Positions 1-8,198 of a stretch of 20,000 nt of DNA are shown piece after piece; position 1 is the stretch's first letter; every line of letters begins with the position of its first letter. The stretch comes from an uncultured virus (IMG/VR IMGVR_UViG_3300034989_000018) (lineage: Duplodnaviria > Heunggongvirae > Uroviricota > Caudoviricetes). The notes beneath the pieces are model-generated. The model searched no databases. It had not been told where the DNA came from and saw only the letters and a list, made by a program, of their open reading frames with translations. The stretch is from the IMG/VR virus record IMGVR_UViG_3300034989_000018. One strand, 5' to 3'. A program made the translations under genes and the position numbers.

Positions 1-60
1 GCTTTTGCCCACATACTGTGGTACTTAAATAAACATGAAGGGATTGAAAAATTCAGATGA
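1..60 (+). CDS. 3' end of an upstream gene (partial, AFAHILWYLNKHEGIEKFR*)
   Basis: Frame 1 is open from the window edge to TGA at 58-60, followed by the RBS of the next gene. Too short to assign a function. Confidence 0.5.
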   Translation, partial: AFAHILWYLNKHEGIEKFR

Positions 61-89
61 TTAATTTTAGAAAAGGAGAATAAAAAATA

Positions 90-335
90 ATGAAATTTTT
101 TATATTTTACTGGATAATAGGTTTAATACTAGGATATATTTTAATACCTAAAGCAACTAAAAAATTAAAAAAAGAACATGAAGGATATAGAGATTTTTTT
201 TCAAGATTTGTACAAGATTATGGAGATAATATAATTATTCTCATGATACCGATATTAATAGTATCCTTCATATATCCCTTTATACTTATGTCATCTTTAA
301 TAAAAAAAATAAGAGGGAAAGGAGTAAATAAATAA
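90..335 (+). CDS. Small hypothetical membrane protein (two hydrophobic segments)
   Basis: AAGGAGAATAAAAA RBS upstream; hydrophobic stretches FFIFYWIIGLILGYILI and IIILMIPILIVSFIYPFILM; TAATG overlap with the helicase. Confidence 0.75.
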   Translation: MKFFIFYWIIGLILGYILIPKATKKLKKEHEGYRDFFSRFVQDYGDNIIILMIPILIVSFIYPFILMSSLIKKIRGKGVNK

Positions 336-1990
336 TGCATATATCAATCAAAAGAAAAAGATTATATATAGAATCTGATAATTTAAATAATATCGAGTCT
401 CACCAATTAATCGGTTGGACTCCTAATTATCTTAAGGGATATGCCAGTATGAATCTAGATATACAGGCTCTTTGTAATCTTCTCAAACAAACATCTGAAA
501 AACCAAACGCTACAGAAGAAGTAAAAACATGGTATAAACAGGAAATTGAGAAAAATAAATTAGCTCTAAATCAAAAAAGAGCTAATTTATATAATTTAAA
601 TAAAGAATTAAAAGAATATCAGTTAGAAGCAATAAACTATTTTTTAAACGTTAGGAATTGTATCATAGGTTACGACATGGGTTTGGGAAAAACACTAATA
701 GGTATCAATTGTATTAAAGCAATAAAAGCATACAAGACAATGATAGTATGCCCAAGTTACCTTAAATATTCATGGGGTAAAGAAATTAAAAAATGGTCAC
801 CTAAACTTACTTATACTATTATTGATGGTACACCAGAACAAAAGGAACAACAGTTCAAAGAACACCAGGAACAAAAGAGGATTATCTTAATAATTAACTA
901 TGAACAAATAAGGGTAAAAACTAAGAAAAATGGTAAGGTAATAGAAATTAATGTACATGAGTATATCCAGAAGACTAAATTTGACCTGGTAATTTGGGAT
1001 GAAGCGCATAGATTAAAAAGCAGAGATAGCCATATATCTAAAGGTGCTTATGCTATTAATGCCACAAATAGACTTATGCTAACAGGCACACCAATCACTA
1101 AAAATTCTGGTGAAATTTATGGTCCTTTGAAAATATTAGATAGGCAAAGATTTACAAGCTATTGGACTTTTGTTAAATATTATTGTCATGTATATGAGGG
1201 TTTTAAAGGTCTTGATGTAGGTCATGTTATAAGACCTAAAGAATTTAAAAACTTATTAAATAGATATATGATCAGGAAGTTGAAAGAAGATGTAGCAAAA
1301 GAATTACCTGATAAAGTTTATATAAATATTCCAGTTTATATGAATGACAAGCAAACCAAATATTATAATGATGCACTAGAAGACTATTTAAATCCATCAG
1401 GAGACATAATTGAATCAGATGTAGAAAAGTTTATTAGGATATGTCAGATTGCTCAAAATCCTGTAATTTTAGGCGGACATGATGTATCTTGTGTAAAAGA
1501 TGCAACTATAAATCTTATAGATGATATAGGTGAAAAAAATATAATGGTAGCATGTACATATATAGAAATGTCTAAGAATATTCAAAAATCATTAGAAAAT
1601 AAATATCCTGGAAGAAATGTGTATCTTATAAATTCACAAGTAAGAAATAGACATGAAATAGTAGAAAAATTCAAAGAAGATGATACTGCGATTTTAGTAA
1701 CTACTATTAAATGTTTGGCCGAAGGAGCAAATCTTGATTGCTGTGATTACATCATCTATGATGATATTGAATGGAATTGTGGAGTCAATCTACAATTTGA
1801 AAACAGGATTCACAGAATGACTAGTACCAGGACAAAATTTTATTATTTTATAATTGTACAAAAAACAGTACATCAATATAAACACAATAAGATAATGAGT
1901 GAAAGTAAAAGTGCTAAAGCTGCTCTGGGTGATTCAGATTCAAAAGTAATCAGAAGAATCATGAAAGACTTTAGGAAAGAATTAACATAA
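335..1990 (+). CDS. SNF2-family (SF2) phage helicase/ATPase
   Basis: Motif I DMGLGKT, Ia IVCP, II DEAH, III LTGTP, V AEGANL, VI QFENRIHR. Confidence 0.92.
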   Translation: MHISIKRKRLYIESDNLNNIESHQLIGWTPNYLKGYASMNLDIQALCNLLKQTSEKPNATEEVKTWYKQEIEKNKLALNQKRANLYNLNKELKEYQLEAINYFLNVRNCIIGYDMGLGKTLIGINCIKAIKAYKTMIVCPSYLKYSWGKEIKKWSPKLTYTIIDGTPEQKEQQFKEHQEQKRIILIINYEQIRVKTKKNGKVIEINVHEYIQKTKFDLVIWDEAHRLKSRDSHISKGAYAINATNRLMLTGTPITKNSGEIYGPLKILDRQRFTSYWTFVKYYCHVYEGFKGLDVGHVIRPKEFKNLLNRYMIRKLKEDVAKELPDKVYINIPVYMNDKQTKYYNDALEDYLNPSGDIIESDVEKFIRICQIAQNPVILGGHDVSCVKDATINLIDDIGEKNIMVACTYIEMSKNIQKSLENKYPGRNVYLINSQVRNRHEIVEKFKEDDTAILVTTIKCLAEGANLDCCDYIIYDDIEWNCGVNLQFENRIHRMTSTRTKFYYFIIVQKTVHQYKHNKIMSESKSAKAALGDSDSKVIRRIMKDFRKELT

Positions 1991-2010
1991 TACTTATTGA
2001 ATTAAATTAA

Positions 2011-2070
2011 TTACATTTTTTCAAAAAAAGTGTTGACATTCTGTAAGAAGTATTATAGAATAATAATTGT
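2011..2070 (+). promoter_or_regulatory. Sigma70/sigmaA promoter with A/T-tract UP element, driving the SSB gene
   Basis: TTGACA (2033-2038), 17-bp spacer, TAGAAT (2056-2061); upstream TTTTTTCAAAAAAAG tract. Confidence 0.85.
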
Positions 2071-2113
2071 TCAAGAGAACACAAAAATACTAAAAATATA
2101 AAGGAGAATGAAA

Positions 2114-2857
2114 ATGGCTAAAAAAGACACAAAAATCAATTATATATTAAAAGGCGTGAACACTAACACAATACAATTTTCATGTTTGTTAGATGGTCAA
2201 TACAAATCAAAGAACGGTGATTTTGTAAGGGTGCCTAAAGATGATTATAAACAAGAGTTAAAGCACAATGACAAATTAGAACATAGGGCAGAAATAGTTA
2301 TTAATAATAAATTACCTGATGGTAGTATAAATCCTACCATAAGAGAAATTAAAAATATTATAATTGAACTATGGAAAGAACACAAGATTCCTAAAACTGG
2401 AATTAGCTGTTTTAGAGATGGAGATAAAAAAGCAAAAGAATTAGAAAGTAATGAAAAGAATGGAGATAGGCTTTTAGGTACATATTTTTTAAAAGTTCAT
2501 TCTAAATATGACATAAAATTTTATGACAAATATGTAAGACAATACAAACCAGAAGAAGATGCTGAATTAGATGGGAAATATTGCAATGCAGTATTACAGT
2601 TCAAAAATTATGACAATGGAACAAATATAGGTGTTACATGCTTTATAACTAAAATACAAGTATTTGACCAAAACCCTGCATTTGAATTTGATATAAGTGC
2701 AGAAGATGCCTTCGATGCTGTACAGTTTGGAGAAGATGAAAAAGAAGAAGTTTTACAAAAAGCTGTTGATTCTAAAACAACTAAGTTACCCACATGTGAA
2801 GATTTATTACATGGATTACCATTGGATGATGATGACGATGATTCACCATTTAACTAA
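2114..2857 (+). CDS. ssb: Phage single-stranded DNA-binding protein (DUF2815 / T7 gp2.5-like)
   Basis: FRDGD motif; strongly acidic C-tail ending DDDDDDSPFN with an aromatic residue; position between helicase and polymerase. The ATG at 2114 fits the AAGGAG spacing better than 2108. Confidence 0.75.
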   Translation: MAKKDTKINYILKGVNTNTIQFSCLLDGQYKSKNGDFVRVPKDDYKQELKHNDKLEHRAEIVINNKLPDGSINPTIREIKNIIIELWKEHKIPKTGISCFRDGDKKAKELESNEKNGDRLLGTYFLKVHSKYDIKFYDKYVRQYKPEEDAELDGKYCNAVLQFKNYDNGTNIGVTCFITKIQVFDQNPAFEFDISAEDAFDAVQFGEDEKEEVLQKAVDSKTTKLPTCEDLLHGLPLDDDDDDSPFN

Positions 2858-2881
2858 AGCATTTTAAATAATATAAAATAT

Positions 2882-2918
2882 AATACGTGGGTAACTTAGT
2901 TATCCATGTATTTATTTT
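2882..2918 (+). terminator. Intrinsic terminator after ssb
   Basis: AATACGTGGGTAAC-TTA-GTTATCCATGTATT stem with G-U pairs on the + strand, followed by TATTTT. Confidence 0.65.
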
Positions 2919-2943
2919 AATAAAAAATGGAGGTTTTTTAGAA

Positions 2944-3348
2944 ATGGATGAAAAAAAATATTTTTATGATGTTGATGGATTATTTAAATTAATGAAACCA
3001 TTTAAGACTTCTACAGATAACATTAAATCATTTGACAAAAAAGCAAATAATAGAAGTGCTTGTTTATTCATATCCATTTATCGTGGATACCCTAAGACAC
3101 AAATACGTGTAGACTTATGTAAAGAAAAAAATCATCATGGAGATTTAATAAGTATATCAGATATAATTTACAGGTCGTCAATACCCGGATTATACGAATA
3201 TTGTAATGAAACAATAGAGATAATTCAAAATTGGCAAAAAGGTCATAATCTTATTTTAGAAATAGATAAAGAACTTATTAAGATGGATATAGAAAATATA
3301 GAGAAAGTTAAAGAACTTATTGAGATGAATATCTTAATAAGATATTAA
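2944..3348 (+). CDS. Hypothetical protein
   Basis: GGAGG at 2929-2933 supports ATG 2944 rather than the GTG at 2887, which lies inside the terminator hairpin. Confidence 0.7.
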   Translation: MDEKKYFYDVDGLFKLMKPFKTSTDNIKSFDKKANNRSACLFISIYRGYPKTQIRVDLCKEKNHHGDLISISDIIYRSSIPGLYEYCNETIEIIQNWQKGHNLILEIDKELIKMDIENIEKVKELIEMNILIRY

Positions 3349-3363
3349 AGGAGTTGATATTAG

Positions 3364-6267
3364 ATGATAACAGAAAATTTAAAGTATCAGGTGTTTGATA
3401 CAGAATGTCTTAAAGGTTCTTATTTCTCTTACCAATGGAGAAATGAGAATATGGAAGAATCAAAAATGATAGAGTGCAAAACTGATGAAGATTGCTATAA
3501 ATTCTATAACAATCTCAAAAAAGCTAACAGGGCTATGTATTGCTATTCAATTAACTACGACAAAACCATGCTTAATGCTCTTTGTAAATTCGTTGAAAAA
3601 GGAATTACCGATATTCCGACAAAATTAAGAAGAGTTAACGATTATTTGATAATGGGAGAATTGAACTACTTTAGAATCAATACAGAATTCTGGTGTAATT
3701 ATTATTATAGACTAGAAATTCAATTTGATAATAAAACTGAGTTATTTAAAGAATCAATAAAAAGAATAAGTTTAAATGAAAATGATAAATATATTACATC
3801 TTTTTTAGAAGAATTTCCTTACTTGTTAGGACAATCTAAAGTTTTTAAAAACCTTAATATTATAGATGTTCCTAAAATGCTTTATTACTTCACAATAAGA
3901 AAAGATGGTGTGCTACGAATGAATATATCATTAAAAAAATTACAATTATATGAGGAACAAACTAATATTACTCATGACTTTGAGAAGTCATTTGACTTTG
4001 AAGAGCTTGTAAAAGATGGTAAATATAAACAATTTAAAAAATATGCTTTAAATGATAGTGACTTTCTATTCAGGTATTTTCAAAAAAAATGTCTTCCTAT
4101 CATTGAAAATAGAGTCAAGGCATGTGAGGCAATTAAAATGTTTGATGAATCATTTGAACCTACAGAACGAATGATTCACAGTGAAAATAATACAAACTTA
4201 TTAATTAATGCGTTTTCGCTTAAACAAAAACAAAATGATAAAAAAGTACAATATGAAGATAATACACTTGAATTAGATGAATTAACATATGGTGAAATGT
4301 TAGATGAATTAAATGAATTAACTGAAAAATCAAATGGTACATATGAAACCGAATTTATAAGCGGAGAATTAATACCTGTGGGTACTGATTATTTCATTAA
4401 AGAATTTAATGAAATTATAGAAAAATATGAACACTTTAAAAAACCTAAAAATAAGTTTGGTATAGATTTCAAAAAAGCACTTGAATATAAAGATGTTATT
4501 GATATGACAGAATACATAAAACCCACCGGCTATGAAAAATTTGATAATTTTGTAAAATTTGTTGATATGCATCCTTATGTTACAAAAGATAAAAAATTAA
4601 AAGAATTATACTGTGAATCATACGAAAAAGAGTATATTAATGATGATAAGCAACAAGAACATGAAGGCCAAATACAGGTAATAGTAGATTCATTTGATAC
4701 TTTTAATCTGTTTGGGACTACAGTTACAATAGGTCTTGGTGGTATACATGGAGCAATAGAGAAATACATAAATGAAAACTTATGGCATCTAGATTACAGG
4801 AGTCTGTATCCTAGTATAATTATCTTATTCGAGAAATATTATGGAAAAATAATAAAAATGCCATTATACAAAGCACTCTATAATTTTAGGAACTTTGAAG
4901 TTAAAGTACAACTAAAAGAAATAGATGAAAAAATAAATGCTATCTATACTAAAATAGATGAAGGAGGTAATGATGGAGCAGATATAATGGAATATCAAGG
5001 TGAATTACAAGAATTAGAAGAATCAAAGAATAGATTAGAGTACTTATCTGACGGTTGTAAATTGCTTCTAAATAGCTTATATGGACTAATAAATTCAGAA
5101 TTCAACTTTAGTATATCCCACAAACAATTAGGACGTTTTATATGTTTATATGGTCAATACAGGGTAATCGAATTATGTAAACTAATCATGAAAAATAGTC
5201 CACAAAGTAAATTACCAAACATAAACACTGATGGAATAATAATAGATAATATAGATAAGTTTATCTGTAGTGAAATAGCAATCCAGGATAAACAAGATGA
5301 CATAGTAATTTTAGGTATAAACAAGATTGATAAAATCATACAAAATGATGTAAATAATTATATAAAAATAACAGAAGGTAAGACGAAAACTAAAGGCAAC
5401 GCTTATAGAACAGGTATAAAACAAGCATTCCATAGATTTGAAAAGTTAACATGTAACATAAGTAATGCTTTAAAACTTATTAATCATGAAAAACCAGAAG
5501 TATTGCCTGTTTTATTCCATAATACAGCTGTAAAATCTACTATCAAATTAGAAGATGAAGAAACCAGTAAAAATAAAGTATATTATCTTACTACTCAGGA
5601 CAAAGGTAAAATAGCAATCAAATGGATTGCAAATCCTATTGTATTAACATGGGGAGGAGAATACATGTATTTCACAACAAATAAGGATGATGCAGACCCA
5701 CAGATGTATCTAAAGTTTGCACAAATCACCAAAGATAAGATAATGAACTTCACACTTACAGAAACAGATAATATAAAATATTATCCTTATGAATTAATAG
5801 AAGATACAGATAATAGTAATTTAAAGAAAAAGAAAGACATAAGGAAAATGTTAAATAAAATAGCTAAAGGATTCATTTGTATCAATGGGTTAAATGCTGA
5901 TATTAAACAAATCATGGTCGATGATTTGAAACCAGTAAAAGAACTTAGTAATTACACCATGACTAAGATAATAAATAGTACAGAAGTTAAAGGATTCAGC
6001 CTTAAAAATGATGAAGAATTTACTTGTTTAGCTACAAATAACAAAAAGGATATTAAAAGACTTGATGAACTAAATACATTCAAGGTAACCCATAAATCAG
6101 GACACGTAATGTATGTATTAAAAAATGCAGTATTCATGGACTTAGATAAATATAATAAGGTTAATATAGTAAATGCTGATTATATACCAGTAATCACATT
6201 AGATGGCGAATTCACTTGTAATCTACAGGAAATAAAAGTTTATAGTGAGGAAGGAGTAAAAAAATGA
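3364..6267 (+). CDS. polB: Family B DNA polymerase with 3'-5' exonuclease and a C-terminal extension
   Basis: ExoI VFDTE, ExoII NYDKTML, ExoIII YALNDSD; pre-A GGIHG; motif A LDYRSLYPSII; motif B KLLLNSLYG; motif C NTDGI. Confidence 0.92.
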   Translation: MITENLKYQVFDTECLKGSYFSYQWRNENMEESKMIECKTDEDCYKFYNNLKKANRAMYCYSINYDKTMLNALCKFVEKGITDIPTKLRRVNDYLIMGELNYFRINTEFWCNYYYRLEIQFDNKTELFKESIKRISLNENDKYITSFLEEFPYLLGQSKVFKNLNIIDVPKMLYYFTIRKDGVLRMNISLKKLQLYEEQTNITHDFEKSFDFEELVKDGKYKQFKKYALNDSDFLFRYFQKKCLPIIENRVKACEAIKMFDESFEPTERMIHSENNTNLLINAFSLKQKQNDKKVQYEDNTLELDELTYGEMLDELNELTEKSNGTYETEFISGELIPVGTDYFIKEFNEIIEKYEHFKKPKNKFGIDFKKALEYKDVIDMTEYIKPTGYEKFDNFVKFVDMHPYVTKDKKLKELYCESYEKEYINDDKQQEHEGQIQVIVDSFDTFNLFGTTVTIGLGGIHGAIEKYINENLWHLDYRSLYPSIIILFEKYYGKIIKMPLYKALYNFRNFEVKVQLKEIDEKINAIYTKIDEGGNDGADIMEYQGELQELEESKNRLEYLSDGCKLLLNSLYGLINSEFNFSISHKQLGRFICLYGQYRVIELCKLIMKNSPQSKLPNINTDGIIIDNIDKFICSEIAIQDKQDDIVILGINKIDKIIQNDVNNYIKITEGKTKTKGNAYRTGIKQAFHRFEKLTCNISNALKLINHEKPEVLPVLFHNTAVKSTIKLEDEETSKNKVYYLTTQDKGKIAIKWIANPIVLTWGGEYMYFTTNKDDADPQMYLKFAQITKDKIMNFTLTETDNIKYYPYELIEDTDNSNLKKKKDIRKMLNKIAKGFICINGLNADIKQIMVDDLKPVKELSNYTMTKIINSTEVKGFSLKNDEEFTCLATNNKKDIKRLDELNTFKVTHKSGHVMYVLKNAVFMDLDKYNKVNIVNADYIPVITLDGEFTCNLQEIKVYSEEGVKK

Positions 6268-6722
6268 ATAAAAAAGAGATTTATTGTTTAATAAGATATT
6301 TTGAATTAGAAGCAGGAGAAGATTTTTTTGACCAGAATGAAACTATAATACAGCCATACCAATTAATATTTTGGCTGCTTGGTAAAAAGTACATAACACC
6401 TAAACAATTTAATTTAGCAGTATCAGAAAAATTATTAGGTCTTAATGAAATATTTACAGGATATGAGAAAGAATATGCTATATTTCCTAATGGTGAGGCC
6501 GAAGAAATACCAGAAAAATATAAGTACTACATCATAGCTGAATTAATGCAAGATTGTGAAGTATATCAACATAGACTAAAAAAAATATTAGAAGAACATA
6601 ATTTAGTTATAAATGCTTTAGAAATACCAAATAAACAATGGCATGAATACAGAAATACAGTAAACGATGAATATAAAGAACTCAATAAACTTACAATAGA
6701 AAGGATTAAAAATAATGAATGA
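6264..6722 (+). CDS. Hypothetical protein
   Basis: AAGGAG RBS; ATGA overlap with the polymerase stop. Confidence 0.75.
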   Translation: MNKKEIYCLIRYFELEAGEDFFDQNETIIQPYQLIFWLLGKKYITPKQFNLAVSEKLLGLNEIFTGYEKEYAIFPNGEAEEIPEKYKYYIIAELMQDCEVYQHRLKKILEEHNLVINALEIPNKQWHEYRNTVNDEYKELNKLTIERIKNNE

Positions 6723-6990
6723 CATAGAAAAATATAAGAATAAAAAAGTCTATATAGTCTTTGATGAAGAAGGTAACAGGAAAGCCATTGGAAATGGTAA
6801 AAATATTTATATTTCTGAAGCTCGTATAAAAGGAAGTCTTACTCAACAAACAAAATATTACCTGCACGATGGAATTGAAGAACTTATAAAAAGATTTGGG
6901 AGATATACAATAAGGACCTATGAATTAAAAGATACTGGAGAAGAAATAACAATCGAAGATTTTATTAAAAATGAAATAAAAAAAAACTAA
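6715..6990 (+). CDS. Hypothetical protein
   Basis: Overlaps the previous stop; AAGGA RBS; co-oriented in the operon. Confidence 0.7.
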   Translation: MNDIEKYKNKKVYIVFDEEGNRKAIGNGKNIYISEARIKGSLTQQTKYYLHDGIEELIKRFGRYTIRTYELKDTGEEITIEDFIKNEIKKN

Positions 6991-7016
6991 ATCATATATG
7001 TAAAGGAGGATAAAAA

Positions 7017-7361
7017 ATGAACTATGATGAAGCAATATCAAAAAATATGGATGAATTAAACAATGTTTGTACAGAATTAGACAGACTTATGGGAAGAAAA
7101 AAACATCTACTAATTCAAACAGAAGAATATAAAAGAGAAAAGAATAAAAAAGGATTAATAATTACAGACCATAGCATTGTCAGTTACTTTAAAAGAGTAT
7201 TAGGATTCAATATCGAAGAAATAAAAGAGCGAATAATTAAACAAGATTTAAAGGGACGATACAAGGTAATGGGCGACGGTATTTTCGATCAGGGTGATTT
7301 CAGAGTCGTAGTAAAAAATAATTCTACCATAACTATTTTAAATAAGGAGATTAAAAAATAA
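7017..7361 (+). CDS. Hypothetical protein: N-terminal coiled coil plus ITDH..VSY..RV phage domain
   Basis: AAGGAGG RBS. ITDHSIVSYFKRVLG and the C-terminal VVVKNNSTITIL resemble the TDHAxxRYLER-type small phage domain (recalled, not searched). Confidence 0.7.
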   Translation: MNYDEAISKNMDELNNVCTELDRLMGRKKHLLIQTEEYKREKNKKGLIITDHSIVSYFKRVLGFNIEEIKERIIKQDLKGRYKVMGDGIFDQGDFRVVVKNNSTITILNKEIKK

Positions 7362-7378
7362 ACTGTAAATAAAAAAAA

Positions 7379-7416
7379 TAACATGACTGTTATTATTATA
7401 ACAGTCATGTTACAAT
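7379..7416. promoter_or_regulatory. Perfect 14-bp inverted repeat overlapping an extended -10 (operator and/or minus-strand terminator)
   Basis: TAACATGACTGTTA-TTATTA-TAACAGTCATGTTA (7379-7412); TG-n-TACAAT at 7408-7416; A-run on the left side. Confidence 0.55.
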
Positions 7417-7443
7417 ATAAGAAACTGTAAAGGAGTTAAGATA

Positions 7444-7833
7444 ATGAAAATTAGACAACTGACAAAAGACCATAAAAAATATTATGATGGTAGGTTGAAA
7501 TATATAGCACCTACAAGTAAGTATGAGTTTATAAACTTATTTGATGAGAGAACTGAAGTAGATTTTGAAGAAGTGAAAACCCAAATCATAAAGTTACGTG
7601 AGGAATTCTATGAATTGATGGCAGAACCTACATATACAATAGAATTTAGAAAAGAGCTGTTTGACTTAATAAATGCGGGAATCAATTTAGCTCATTGTCT
7701 TAGCTTGTATTATGATAAAAACCATAAATACAAGAATGATTATGAGATTTATAACCGTCATGTAAATAAAATAAACCGCAGACTATTAAACCCTGATTAT
7801 AACTGGGGAATTAAATTAGAAAAAGAGTATTGA
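7444..7833 (+). CDS. MazG-like all-alpha NTP pyrophosphohydrolase (putative)
   Basis: KLREEFYEL followed by KELFDL matches the EExxE...ExxD signature; AAGGAG RBS. Confidence 0.55.
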   Translation: MKIRQLTKDHKKYYDGRLKYIAPTSKYEFINLFDERTEVDFEEVKTQIIKLREEFYELMAEPTYTIEFRKELFDLINAGINLAHCLSLYYDKNHKYKNDYEIYNRHVNKINRRLLNPDYNWGIKLEKEY

Positions 7834-7899
7834 AATGTATCATTGGTGTATGATAGAAAAAAAGTGTCCAGATGATTGTAAAAGAGAGGATGATAAATA

Positions 7900-8193
7900 A
7901 TGGGAATTATAAAAAAATACGACTTACAATGTGATTTTTGCGAAAATAAATTAAGTGATGATTATAAAGAAGTACAAGAGTTTGATATGATAGGACAAAT
8001 TATGCATTTTGCGAAAGATAATTTATGGGACTATAAAAAATTGAAAGGAATTCAAAAACAAAAATGGAGATGTCCTGAATGTAGAACAAAAAAAGCAGGT
8101 GAAGAAAAAGAAGAAAAAGAAGAAGAAGAAATAAATTATTATTATAAGTTTACAAATTTATTTGAGGGTTCAGAATTTGAAAAAAAGGAGTGA
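7900..8193 (+). CDS. Zn-ribbon protein
   Basis: CDFC ... CPEC cysteine pairs; acidic tail; GAGGA RBS. Confidence 0.7.
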   Translation: MGIIKKYDLQCDFCENKLSDDYKEVQEFDMIGQIMHFAKDNLWDYKKLKGIQKQKWRCPECRTKKAGEEKEEKEEEEINYYYKFTNLFEGSEFEKKE

Positions 8194-8198
8194 TGTAA

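Noticed and set aside
1..60. RuvC-like resolvase C-terminus for the partial ORF
   Set aside because: AFAH..WYL is suggestive, but 19 residues are not enough to support the call.
4230..4500. Intein or intron in the polymerase (long acidic insert)
   Set aside because: No C/S...HN-C/S/T intein ends or LAGLIDADG motif, and the frame is continuous.
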